This document shows, piece after piece, positions 1 to 11,336 of a stretch of 64,000 nt of DNA. Source of the stretch: Dicyema japonicum (lineage: Eukaryota > Animalia > Dicyemida). Each line of letters begins with the position of its first letter. Position 1 is the first letter of the stretch. The stretch covers positions 559,061 through 623,060 of the forward strand of contig RDEW01000011.1 of assembly GCA_011109175.1 (NCBI GenBank). Reading direction: 5' to 3'. A model generated the notes under the pieces. The model worked only from the letters and a program-made list of their open reading frames with translations, was not told where the DNA came from and ran no database searches. The translations under genes were made by a program, and so were the position numbers.

Positions 1-456
1 ATCACTCTCATTCAAAACAGCAGGACGCCCAGATCCTGCGTTTCTAGTAACAGTACCATGCAAACAATAATTTTTGATAACTCTGGAAATAGAATCCAGG
101 GATCTTCCCTTAGTACTACAAATTTCACGGTAAGTTTTTCCAAGAAGATAAAGTGCTAAAATTTCTCCTTGGTGTCAAATGGCAAACCATCAAAGTAAAC
201 CAGACACGTGAAATTAGAGGTTACTTTATTCAATTAGAGGTTATTTTATTTAATAAAAATAAGTTTATAAATCTTGTTCGGATTTTTTTGGTTTCATGTA
301 TTTATGGTTTGTAAAAGTAATCAAGGAACAATTAAATTTAGTATGTTCAAAAGCAAAAAGTTAATAATTAACTCTCAAAATGCGATTTAAAAAAAATAAT
401 TATATTTTATATAGGAAAAATTAAAGAAAACGTCTGTTCGGTTTTTTTGCCGAGTG
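1..456 (-). mobile_element. Tc1/mariner transposon, 5' end, running off the window
   Basis: Minus strand encodes GKTYREICSTKGRSLDSISRVIKNYCLHGTVTRNAGSGRPAVLNESD (Tc1 HTH plus GRP linker). The terminus reads TA|CACTCGGCAAAAAAACCGAAC at 456-458. Confidence 0.75.
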
Positions 457-458
457 TA

Positions 459-2620
459 GTAGTGTGGCGAGAAGTGTTGAAGGAAAATCATCGCCTAAGA
501 AGGTTACTTATTAAACTCTGTGTTCCCAAATGGGACCTCAAAGAGTTGAAGAGGACAAAGATGGTGTTAGAGGTGGCAATAATGATGTATAAGAGGATAC
601 TATATACACACGAAAGTCGGTATAAGAGAAGGAAAGAGAATAATCTATTCCCAAATGGGACCTCAAAGAGTTGAAGAGGAAGAAGATGGTGTTAGAGGTA
701 GCAATAATGATGTATAAGAGGATACTATATACACACGAAAGTCGGTATAAGAGAAGGAAAGAGAATAATCTATTTTAGTTTAATCGCAGATTGCTTTACC
801 GTCGCATACACGAAAATGGTCACAGTGCATTTTCCAAGCAGGACGAGGAAATGCTTTCCACATGGGGTAATTGAGCCCAAAGAGTGTGATGAGATTGATG
901 TTATTATTCATAGAGTACTCATGTGCTGGCAGCCAATAAGGCACTATCAGACCTTTTTTGTCTGCTAAGTATAGTGTTATGATGGTGGGCTAGTAAATGT
1001 GAAGGAGTTGATCGAATTAAAATATAATAATTTGATGGAAAAGATCAACTTAAAAAGCCTACATAAGGTCCTCTTCAGAGCATTGGACAACCCACATGTC
1101 GACCTTAAGGTGTCGACAATATGGATAAAACACGATGACAACTCACTTCGATAGGAGATACTGTATACGTATATGCAAGACCGCAATATTTTTTGGGGTC
1201 GATCAACAAATAAATGTCCCCATTGTAAGTCAAGGAGCATGTCGGTTGATCATTTAGGCACTCGGTACGGATCCATGCTCTGCCACGACTATGTGTGGAG
1301 TCATAACGAGGTAGTAAGGAATCTTTATCTTTTNCTCACTTCGTTAGGAGATACTGTATACGTATATGCAAGACCGCAATATTTTTTGGGGTCGATCAAC
1401 AAATAAATGTCCCCATTGTAAGTCAAGGAGCATGTCGGTTGATCATTTAGGCACTCGGTACGGATCCATGCTCTGCCACGACTATGTGTGGAGTCATAAC
1501 GAGGTAGTAAGGAATCTTTATCTTTTACTATGCAATAAGTATGTTATTCGCCACACCAGAAAGTTGCGGACTCATAAGGTGCAATCTGTAGTAGAGACAC
1601 CAGGGTTCAGATAAAGGTAGACAGTGTTATTCGTACCTCGGTGCTAATAATAAAGCCTTTTCACGAGAGCCATAGTATTTATAGCTCCGCATAGGCAAGA
1701 CACACACTTTATTTAAGTAAAGAACAGTTAATTTTTAACTAATCGTAGAACCAAGAAATGATCTTCACTTCTTTTATTCTTTTTCTTGTGTGTGGGTCCT
1801 TTCTAGACAATCCAGTTCCGCAGTGAGTATCCACTGATGACGGCGTCACTCGTCAAACCATTTCTGCATCGTAGATGCGTGGAACCTTCCACCAGGTGAA
1901 CAGCAGCGAGAATCGAACCCGTAACCTAAGCCACTTAAGCCCGACACCTAACCACTATGCCACCCGGCTTCGGTGCTAGTCTAGCACAATAAACCTGACA
2001 TTGTGGTACACGATAAGGAGTCTGGCCAAGTCCTTATTATAGAGGTTGGCATTACGTCTCAAGACCGTTTGCAGACTGTGGAGATGAAGAAAAAAAAGAA
2101 AGTATGACTTGCTTGCAAACGAGATGGGGCAGATGCTTGGTTGCAAGCTCCTCGTTGTTCCAATAGTAATGACGTAGGAAAGAATTACAACAAAGTACAA
2201 CAAGGGTTATCTGAATCAGTTAGGGGTAGATAGGAAGCTCCAGGCCTATCTACAGTCCACCGTATTAAAACGGACCCTAGAGAGCCTGACACTAGAGTGT
2301 AGGAGCTTGGTTGCAAGCTCCTCGTTGTTCCTATAGTAATGACGTGGGAAGGAATTGCAACAAAGTACCACAAGGGTTATCTGAAGCAGTTAGGGGTAGA
2401 TAGGAAGCTCCAGGCCTATCTACAGTCCACTGTATTAAAACGGACCTTAGAGAGCCTGATACTGGAGTGTAGGAGGCAGAGCCCGGAGATTCCACATGGG
2501 CAGAGGGTTCAATTGGACAAGGCGCTCTCGGAGTTGTTTCAGCAACCAGAATCGAACCTGCCTGAGGAGGCTGGCGAGCATGATGGCGAGGAAGGTTATT
2601 GATTATTAAATTTTAACATG
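459..2620 (+). mobile_element. Decayed RLE-type (R2/R4-superfamily) non-LTR retrotransposon, 3' portion
   Basis: CPHC..VDHLGTR..HNEVVR zinc-knuckle region, then NKPDIVVHDK..IIEVGITSQDRLQTVEMKKKRKYDLLANE (PD-(D/E)xK endonuclease) and VPIVMTWEGIATKYH. Interrupted by a SINE and by tandem duplications. Confidence 0.85.
1647..1969 (-). mobile_element. tRNA-derived SINE, full-length copy 1
   Basis: Minus-strand head AGCCGGGTGGCATAGTGG (A box) ... GGTTCGATTC (B box), (TAA)n tail, 9-bp TSD TCGGTGCTA at 1638-1646 and 1970-1978. Three more copies are in the window. Confidence 0.92.
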
Positions 2621-2926
2621 TTATCGTTGGTTAAATAAAGTGGGGTTAATCCTTATAACAAATTTTCATATCTGATTATTCCGTATTTAATGAATACGAA
2701 ATAATAATAATCATATCCAATGGGCCTTCCTTCAGAAATAATTTCGATGGTGTTTTGGAAGCAGTACATTGTCTCTAGATAAGGCAATAAGAAAATATAA
2801 TTGAAAAAGGTGGTATATTCTTCTAAGATGTGGATGGCGATCTACAGCGATTTAATAATTATAATAATAATAACACCAGATACATTGAGTACACAAACTA
2901 ACTAATCACGTAATCCCAGCACGCTT

Positions 2927-3107
2927 TAGCAGGGACCTCATCTTGGCCCGATGCTCTTCCCTCGACCCCACAGGAGCACGTATCGGCCGAATGAATTTGG
3001 TCTTCGCAGTCACGACGGCGCGTTCCATGGTTTATTCGCATCATGGCTTCAAGAGGTATTGGTGGCTGGAACTCTCCAGAGTGAATTTAGAGGCTCTTTT
3101 TCTGCTA
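2927..3107 (+). ncRNA. Candidate structured ncRNA (unassigned GC-rich island)
   Basis: Closing stem TAGCAGGGA/TTTTCTGCTA plus internal hairpins inside AT-rich intergenic DNA. No family confirmed. Confidence 0.2.
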
Positions 3108-3288
3108 GCCTAGATCTTTAAGACATTTGTCCAAAAGGTGAATGGGCCCCAGATAACACATGCGTAAGAGATAATTTGGATAATTAATTAGAATAATGAT
3201 ACGTTTTGATTAAAAATATTTATTTAGGTTTATAATTTAAGTGATTAATTAATTTTTGAAAACTACTAATAACTTTGTTTAACCATTA

Positions 3289-5852
3289 ATGTCTTCTCGT
3301 CAACCACGAGTTACAGGAATATCTCCACAACAAGGCACTCCAGGAATTAAAATAACAGTCCGAGGTGAAAACCTTGGTAAAAATGTGACTGATTTGATCT
3401 CCATATCAATTTGTGGAGTGGACTGTTCTCTTAGACAACAAGGCACTCCAGGAATTAAAATAACAGTCCGAGGTGAAAACCTTGGTAAAAATGTGACTGA
3501 TTTGATCTCCATATCAATTTGTGGAGTGGACTGTTCTCTTAGTGCAGAGTGGGTGTCTCCAAGCAAAGTAACAGTTCGACCTGGTTTGTGTGAGGGAGAA
3601 GGAGACATTGTTATTACTACTAAGTCAGGAGGAAATGGAATATCCCTGGTCAAATTCACCTGCCTAGTTCAAGATAAAATTGGAATCTTAGAAGATTCTG
3701 GAATTTTTCTGGATGAAGATGAAGCAGATTCAACACCAGTGGAAACAGATGTCTTAAACATTCTTTCAGATCCTTTTCCATCAATTCCAAGTGGTTGGTA
3801 GTTCTTTTAATTAGATATGTGTAACTTCAATCTATCAGAGTTTAACCCAGAGGAGTATGTTACCAACATATACTCAACTGTGTCTTTTGACAGTTTAAAA
3901 ACAGGACTGCAAACTCTCAAGTTCAATGTAAGGTATTTTTTGTCAACATATAAGACCACATGACCGAGAACCCTTTGAATTTTTAAAAAAGCACCTTTCC
4001 CTTCATTTTGAGTGCTATAGATGTCTTGATGATTTGAAGAATTGGTTTGTGGCAGACAAACAACGTAATCTAAATTTAAACAGTCTTAACAAACTCCACA
4101 TGTATCAATTTAGTGAAATTGTAGGTCTCTAGTGAATTGTTTTTCGACTCTTTTATCTCGTCATGAACGTGTGGAAAGATGTAGGCAGTTAATTACTCAC
4201 TTCAATCGTTGGAGAAGTTTGTTTACTCTTCCTTCTTCTTTGGAGAAGAATATCTCACGCGGAAACTATCAGGAGGCCATTGATGACTTTAAGAAGGCAG
4301 TAGAAGGCCAAAAATGTGTGAAGGTTTGTTTGTTTCTTATTGACAGGGAATGCCAACAGTATTGGAGTTGATATACACCCACTCAGAACGACAGATTAGC
4401 AGATTGAAGGATAGATTGAAGGATTCACTAATAGAGGATGACGGAATGACTTTAAGAGAGCATTGGTAGTCTAATGTGTGTATATAGTCAATCACTAATG
4501 ATTATACAAGACAATCAATTAGTACAACAGTTTATGGGAGTACAATTTGGAAAGATCAGAGACAGGCTAAATGAGAAGATCCATACAGACAGCATTACTT
4601 CCCTCAATGATGTCAGTTCTACTATGACTAGAGCGGGTCCTGATTTTACATCTCTCTGTGATTTCTGCAAATCCATGGGGATAGAGATTGAAGGTAATAT
4701 CGTATTATTAATAATGATTTGGGGATCTCTCTCGTAAAGGTCTATGGTAAAGTAATCAGGGATTTATTACCTAAAATAGAACAGATTGATAAGAGTGACA
4801 AACTTAATAATTTGGGTATTATTGTTAATTATTGTGGAATTGGCTTTGAAATGTCACAGAAGATGTGCTCTTTTGGACTTTAATGGGAGTGAACGGGTAA
4901 TACTAGCTAGATTGTCCCACACTGTCCGTCTTGCTTGTATTACACCATATTAATGTCAGGTCTGAATGCATACTTTAACTGTTGTTTGAGAGAGATTGAA
5001 GCATTGTTTAATGAGTATATTAATATTCAGGAACCACTTAACAGGATGAATTGGTTTCCTGATAGTTTTTTTGATCTTATCCGTCTATATGCTGAGGTTG
5101 AACTTTTAAGTATATTGGTAGAGAATTGAAACACATGTGCTACTGGAAATTCACGGTGAACTTGATTTTTTTAAATACAAATCGGCCGCATCCTTGTTTT
5201 CTAGGCGTTTTTCTCAACTTATTGCCGTTTATTCTCAAGGATTAAAGGATTATTTGAAAGATATTGAATTTAATTGGCATAAATTGGCTGTATTAATTGT
5301 GGATGTTGAGTCTGTTGTGTCTATTACTGACAAAAAATTACACTTCATTGTGGAATCTCATAAATTCCCCATATTGGAGGACAAAATAACCGAATTCACT
5401 AAGACTTGCTTGTTTGTATTATTTGTGATATTTGCAGACGTAGAAGGGATGATCTCTTCAAGAAACTGATTCAAGTCAAATCCGATTTTAGTGTATCAAC
5501 AAACAGACTAGACTTAAATGGGATGAGCAGTCACGTGTTCTCTGTCGTAAACAAGGTGGTTAACCTATGCTCTGAGATTGCCTTAATTTCTACGATTCTA
5601 ATGAAGAGAGTCTTACAGCACGTGTGTGATGATTTTTTAGAGAAACTTTTGTCGGATGATATTGTGTACACTCTAACTTTAGTGGATTTATGGGCCCTAA
5701 AAATGATCAGTAATGGATTTTGCAGTGTTAAGTGGATAGAAGTCGTTGACATCAAAATATCATCTCGTAGTGGGGGAAGTGGAATATTTAGTCAAGTTAA
5801 AGAAAGATTGTCAATTCAGTTGGAGGCTATCTCCACTGCTGCTAATTCTTAA
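3289..5852 (+). CDS. EXOC2: Exocyst complex component 2 (Sec5), multi-exon with tiny introns
   Basis: N-terminal IPT/TIG domain (PRVTGISPQQGTPGIKITVRGENLG...SAEWVSPSKVTVR). After splicing the Sec5 domain is seen (LLSRHERVERCR...LFTLPSSLEKNISRGNYQEAIDDFKKA). Stop TAA at 5850-5852. Confidence 0.88.
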
Positions 5853-6147
5853 AATAATATTTTTAATTATTCTCGTTTTCTTTGGATATTTTACATAATA
5901 TTTCAATTAATATTCGTTTAATCTATATTTTACTGGTTTTTGTAATTTAAAAAAATAAGTCAAGAGGGTTTTAGATGTAACTTATTAAGTAAGCTTATAG
6001 TAATTTTCACACTCTCGTCACGTGGCCTATTATTATATCGACGGGAATTATTTAGAAATACTTTAATATAAAAAATAATAAAATTAAACAATTATTAAAA
6101 CAAATTATTTTTCATTTAATTTATGCGAATTGAGTGAATAGTTTCGT

Positions 6148-6925
6148 ATGGCCTCTACCAGTCTTATAAAACTTATATTAATTGGAGATTCATGTAAGTA
6201 AACTCAGATGACTATACTCAATGCTTTATTGTATTTAAATATGACTATTTGTCAGCTGTAATGTGTAAGCTATTCATGCCTATCACTAATTTTATTGGCT
6301 ATACTTTGTAGCTGTCGGGAAAAGTTCGTTGATGAACAGATTCACTGAGGGAGTTGCCTCACCTACACAAATAAGCACTATTGGAGTTGACTTCAAAGCC
6401 AAGGTTGTTGAAATTGATGGACGGCAAGTGAAAATTCAAATATGGGATACAGCTGGACAGGAACGATTCCGTGCAATTACTTCATCGTTTAATGTCTATA
6501 TGACTTTAGGTACTATAGAGGAGCTCATGTTGTACTGATTGTGTATGCAATCGATGATAGACGGTCTTTCGGAAACCTTAGCAAATGGATATCTGAGAAG
6601 GATAAGAACTGTGGTTCAGATAATACTTGCACCTTTTTGGGTTATTTGTTAGTAGACTGTAGTTTCTAACAAAAATGACTTAAATGAAGGGAGAGTTGTC
6701 ACTAATGAAGAAGGGATTGAATTTGCTCAAAAACACAGAATGAATTATGAGGCTGTCAGTGCTTTTAAAGGATCACTGGACAGTGTATGTGTATTAAGTT
6801 ACATTTAGCTGTTTATTAATGCTGCAAGAGATGCCCTTAAAATGAAACAAACCTCAACTAATCAGTCGGATGCGGTTGTTAAACTTTCCAAAATGCCAAA
6901 TAAAAACAGATTCTGTTGCTCCTAA
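6148..6925 (+). CDS. RAB1: Rab GTPase, Rab1-like
   Basis: Spliced sequence LILIGDSSVGKSSL...TIGVDFK...[24 protein letters not shown], ending RFCCS* (prenylation cysteines). Introns 6194-6311 (118 nt) and a 23-nt intron inside ITSS|YY. The Rab1 call rests on ITSSYYRGAH. Confidence 0.85.
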
Positions 6926-7005
6926 CATTGAGATTGTTAACTAATAATATTTTCTAATTTGTTTATGGTTAAATCACATTTTATTCAAATTACTAACTAA
7001 TTAAT

Positions 7006-8788
7006 ATGTGTGATGGTTTGTGTTGCGGTAATTGCGCTCATTATATTTAATTTTTACCGTATTTATAGATGATAAAATGGGGAAAACTAAAATACCATTA
7101 GATATGCCCTCGCTTGATACCATAGACCATCAGTCCTCTGGTCGTTCAGGCTCTATAATCTCATTGTTGGAGGCTGCCATGGATAATCCTACCGAACGAG
7201 TGGCATTGACAAATTTAATGAGGAAAATAGTTAAGGTTGATCAGCCAGAACCAATAAATTCTACAGAATTCTCACCAGAGGGATCTAGTAGATTTAGTAC
7301 ATCAAATCCAGTAACTAATGATATAATATAGATAATCGATGGTGGTAGACGAATATCTTCTTCCTCAGATATTTACCCATTTCAAGGAGACTCAGATGTC
7401 GATTTTAAAAGGGTTTAGTATTGTCTTATTTTCAGAGTAACGGCAGTCTGTTTGGGTCTGATGCTGACTCTGAGTCTTTATTTGACCATTTTAAAATATC
7501 TGATTTTGATGACTTTAATAGTGCCACTCTCACTTATAGTAATTCTAACATGTTATGCAGGAAAATGGCACAAGTTTATATTTGATTCATTAAAGATTAA
7601 TAATTTCTCAGAGAATTTTAAGAATGGATCAAATCGATCTCGTCGGTCTATATTTTGAATATTTTTAGTGCAAGAAAGAAAGCAAAAAAGTCACCAAAAG
7701 GATGTGATGTGTCGGGGGATGAGACTATTCCATACAGATATCCATCCACAGTCGACAATGTCATGATAAAAGTGTTGCAGCAACCCGAAAGGGCATATAG
7801 AGCTCGATATGCTACAGAGGGATCACGTGGAAGTCTAAAGGATCATTCTCAGAACTCATTTCCAGCCATTCAGTTGTGTGGATATGGTGGGGGACAGGCT
7901 ATGCTCCAAGTTTATGTCGGATCTGAGAAGGCTGATGGTTCACCTAATCATTTCTATCAAATAACAAAGACAGCAGCTCTCAATTTGTGTTTTGTCAAAG
8001 AAATCACAGTTTGTGGAATATCAGTTTTGGAGTTTATGTTTAATCCAGACATTGACATGGTCATTCTGTACTTTTTTATTAATAATATTAGATTGGACTG
8101 TGTAAGCATTGTGAGACTAAGAAATAGTGATGTTCAGAAGAGATTTGGTCGTAAAGATCGTAAAAGTACTCCTGTTTGTCATCTTGTCTTCAGAGTTTTA
8201 ATTCCCAAACCAAACAACGAAGCTGTCATTATACAAACTCTCAGTACTCCTATTTTTTGCTGTAATAGTATTTGGTCATCTTCCATAGCTCAACCACCGG
8301 GACAACCAGAGATCACCTATATTGTTCCCAAATATTCTCACTCTCTCCAAGGGGGAGATGATGTTGTCCTTATTGGAAAGAACTTTACTAAGAGTACTCG
8401 AGTTATATTTTTTCGTACTCCAAACATGGAAATGCATAATTCTACTGAGTATCTTCTCAATAATACTTCGTGGACTTGTCCTGTTGACATTGATCAGGAT
8501 TACTCTACTTTTGTACTTTATTATTATATTTTTAGATTCATCTTTTGTGTAGAATTCCTGCTTGTTTGGCCGACTTATCTGATTGTCCCTCCCCTCAAGT
8601 CAAAGTATTGGTGGTTGTACAATGTGATGGACGATTAAGTGATCCGTTTCCATTTGCTTATAATAAGGGTATTGTCTTTGTTATAATCAGACCCTGAATA
8701 TCCCAAATCTCCCCCAAAAAATAAGTCCTCTACATACTTTTCATTAGAGGATAATCCAGATTGTCCTTTTTTTGGTGAAACTTCCTGA
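7006..8788 (+). CDS. NFAT5: NFAT-family (NFAT5-like) Rel homology transcription factor
   Basis: QPERAYRARYATEGSRGSLKD DNA-recognition loop, then an IPT domain (QPPGQPEI...GGDDVVLIGKNF). Stop TGA at 8786-8788 after splicing. Start is ATG 7006 (via a 41-nt intron) or ATG 7076. Confidence 0.8.
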
Positions 8789-10458
8789 AATTTCGATCAT
8801 TTTATACTTTATTACAATTTTCGATTATATTGAATCATTTTTTGATTTTTCTTTTATGAAACCTTATTTTTTCATAATGGAGGCTATTTATGGCTGGATT
8901 TAGCTAAATATTTTATAGATTACAAGTCTAAAGGCACAAACATTAATTTACTGATCAAAATTTTGATTAACAATCAAATATCTGTGAAATATTCTTCACA
9001 GCCTGAGGAACCGAAAATAATCTAATTAAGGTAAAAATGCGACCATTAGGTGATCTCGGACTCTCCGCCCCATCTTTACTTGTTGCTCCTCTTTGGATCC
9101 CCCATTCGTAATCATGAGGGAGTAAATCCCATTTTGTAATCAATGCCTCCAGGCCATAATGGAGAAATTAAAATTTTGATAAAAAATATATTCAGTTTAT
9201 AAATTTGGGCGACATTGAGTGCACATGTCCTTGAATAAGAACTGTCTATTCTGAAGAGGAACAAAAAATTATTAGTGAATTATTCATGAATNNNNNNNNN
9301 NNNNNNNNNNNNNATTAAAATTAATTAAAATTTTGATAAAAAATATATTCAGTTTATAAATTTGGGCGACATTGAGTGCACATGTCCTTGAATAAGAACT
9401 GTCTATTCTGAAGAGGAACAAAAAATTATTAGTGAATTATTCATGAATAGGGTAAACAACAGATAAGAGATCTCAATTTGAAAGTCATCCGGTTTTTAAT
9501 TTCCTTTTGAGAGTGACATCGACAACTGGGAGTTCTCAAACTTTTGGATACCCAAATAAACCATTGTGATATTTGCCTTTACTTCATTCTTTGATTCTCT
9601 TTTTTCTTCGAATTGCTGTTATGATCATTTGAACAATCAATCTACCTATTCTGAATTCTAAGATGTCCCATGTTAGACAGCTCCTACATGACCAAATCAG
9701 GTTCTAGGAAAATTCATCTCCGGTAGATTCAAGAGACCAGATGGGCAGGTCCCCAAGATAGAAGAAATCAAAAAGTTAAATTGTCTAAAAAAGTGTTAAA
9801 TTAAAATTTTTTAAATACTAATCCATGATATTGATTACGTTGGTAGGTCTACTGGTTAAAGTAAAAAAATAATCTAAAAATCAATAAGGAAACAAAAATT
9901 TAATGTAAAATCATGATGTTGGTAGAAGATATAGAGTCGGCTCAGGTTGTGACTTACACTTAAAACTTCATCTCTTTATTCTGCGCATATCCGAAAATAG
10001 GTTGTTAAATATTAAAGTTGCCACTGTTAAAAACAGAACACGTAATAATTTGTATAAGGATATTGGATACACAGCTGACGAAGGACCTCACTCGTTAAGA
10101 ATATTGCTATCACTTTGAATCGCTCTTGAGGAGTGACGACGAACAAATATTTTTATTAATAAATTACGGATATCATTATCAGTAATAATGAATTAATAAT
10201 ACAGACGGGAGTAAATCACTGTTCGAGAACTGTTTTTTTTAAAGCCTTTTCACGAGAGCCATAATATTTATAGCTCCGCATAGGCAGGACACACACTTTA
10301 TNGACGAAGGACCTCACTCGTTAGGAATATTGCTATCACTTTGAATCGCTTTTCAGGAGTGACGACGAACAAATATTTTTATTAATAAATTACGGATATC
10401 ATTATCAGTAATAATGAATTAATAATACAGACGGAAGTAAATCACCCTTTGAGAACTG

Positions 10459-10740
10459 TTTTTTAAAGCCTTTTCACGAGAGCCATAATATCTATAGATC
10501 CGCATAGGCAGGACACACACTTTATTTAAGCAAAGAACAGTTAATTTTAACTAATCGTAGAACCAATGAATGATCTTCATTTCTTTTTTTCTTTTTCTTG
10601 TGTGAGTGTCCTTTCTAGACAATCTAGTTCCGCAGTGAGTATCCACTGATGACGGCGTCACTCGTCAAACCCTTTCTGCATCGTAGATGCGTGGAACCTT
10701 CCACCAGGTTAACAGCAGCGAGAATCGAACCCGTAACCTA
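10459..10740 (-). mobile_element. tRNA-derived SINE copy 2, head truncated (tail duplicated at ~10241-10300)
   Basis: Near-identical to 1647-1969 but lacks the A-box end. Confidence 0.88.
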
Positions 10741-10768
10741 ATAAATATTTTTGTCAAATAAATTACGT

Positions 10769-10838
10769 CTACTCCGAGGGAACTCGTTCGCGATCCACGC
10801 AGCCGGCTTCCTCAACTAACATTTGTTTCTTTGTTAAA
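10769..10838 (+). repeat. Dispersed ~70-nt motif, short form
   Basis: CTACTCCGAGGGAACTCGTTCGCGATCCACGCAGCCGGCTTCCTCAACTAACATTTG matches the reverse complement of 16833-16910. Confidence 0.7.
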
Positions 10839-11336
10839 TTTATAATAAAAAAACAAAAAAACAAAATAAATTACGTAAATTAACGATTTATTATTTAAAA
10901 AGTAAAATTATACAAAATTTAACACTTATAAATTGCCTCATAATCCGACAAATTCTAGAATCCCTACATTCTTAAAAGTCACCATAATAGTGGATTCTAA
11001 ATGTTTTACTGTATTTTGCTGCATTTATAGTTTATTTTATCCACTACAGTTTTCAATTTTATTATCGATTACCTTCGTAAAAATTCCCGCCATAAAACAT
11101 AAATTTATACGTTTTTAAGATATAATTTCGATTAAATAATTAAAATCCAATTGATAGTTTAATAGTGCAAAACACGTATTACCATAATGAGGCCACATAT
11201 TTATTAAAAACCACAAAATTTAAATTTTAACAAAATAAATAATGATGAATAAAATAACATTTTAATTATTTAAATTAAAAAGTCATTTTAATTTAAATAA
11301 AAAATAAAATTTTATTTATATCAATCGAAAAACAAA

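Noticed and set aside
470-780. Tandem duplication of ~130 bp
   Set aside because: Near-identical adjacent copies inside a LINE, the same pattern as other duplications here; most likely haplotypes assembled in tandem.
1145-1530. Duplicated MQDRNIFWG... ORFs around the N at 1334
   Set aside because: The copies flank an ambiguous base, which indicates a scaffolding artefact.
1900-1969. tRNA gene
   Set aside because: A and B boxes are present but there is no complete cloverleaf, and it is followed by a SINE body and tail with TSDs.
2125-2470. Tandem ~170-bp repeat in an endonuclease region
   Set aside because: Slightly diverged adjacent copies consistent with uncollapsed alleles; not a repeat array.
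9184-9446. Direct repeat flanking the N gap
   Set aside because: Overlapping contig ends that were not merged.
10075-10500. CRISPR-like or composite repeat (unit, SINE tail, unit)
   Set aside because: Only two ~225-bp units with no spacer structure, in a eukaryotic context; probably an allelic duplication.
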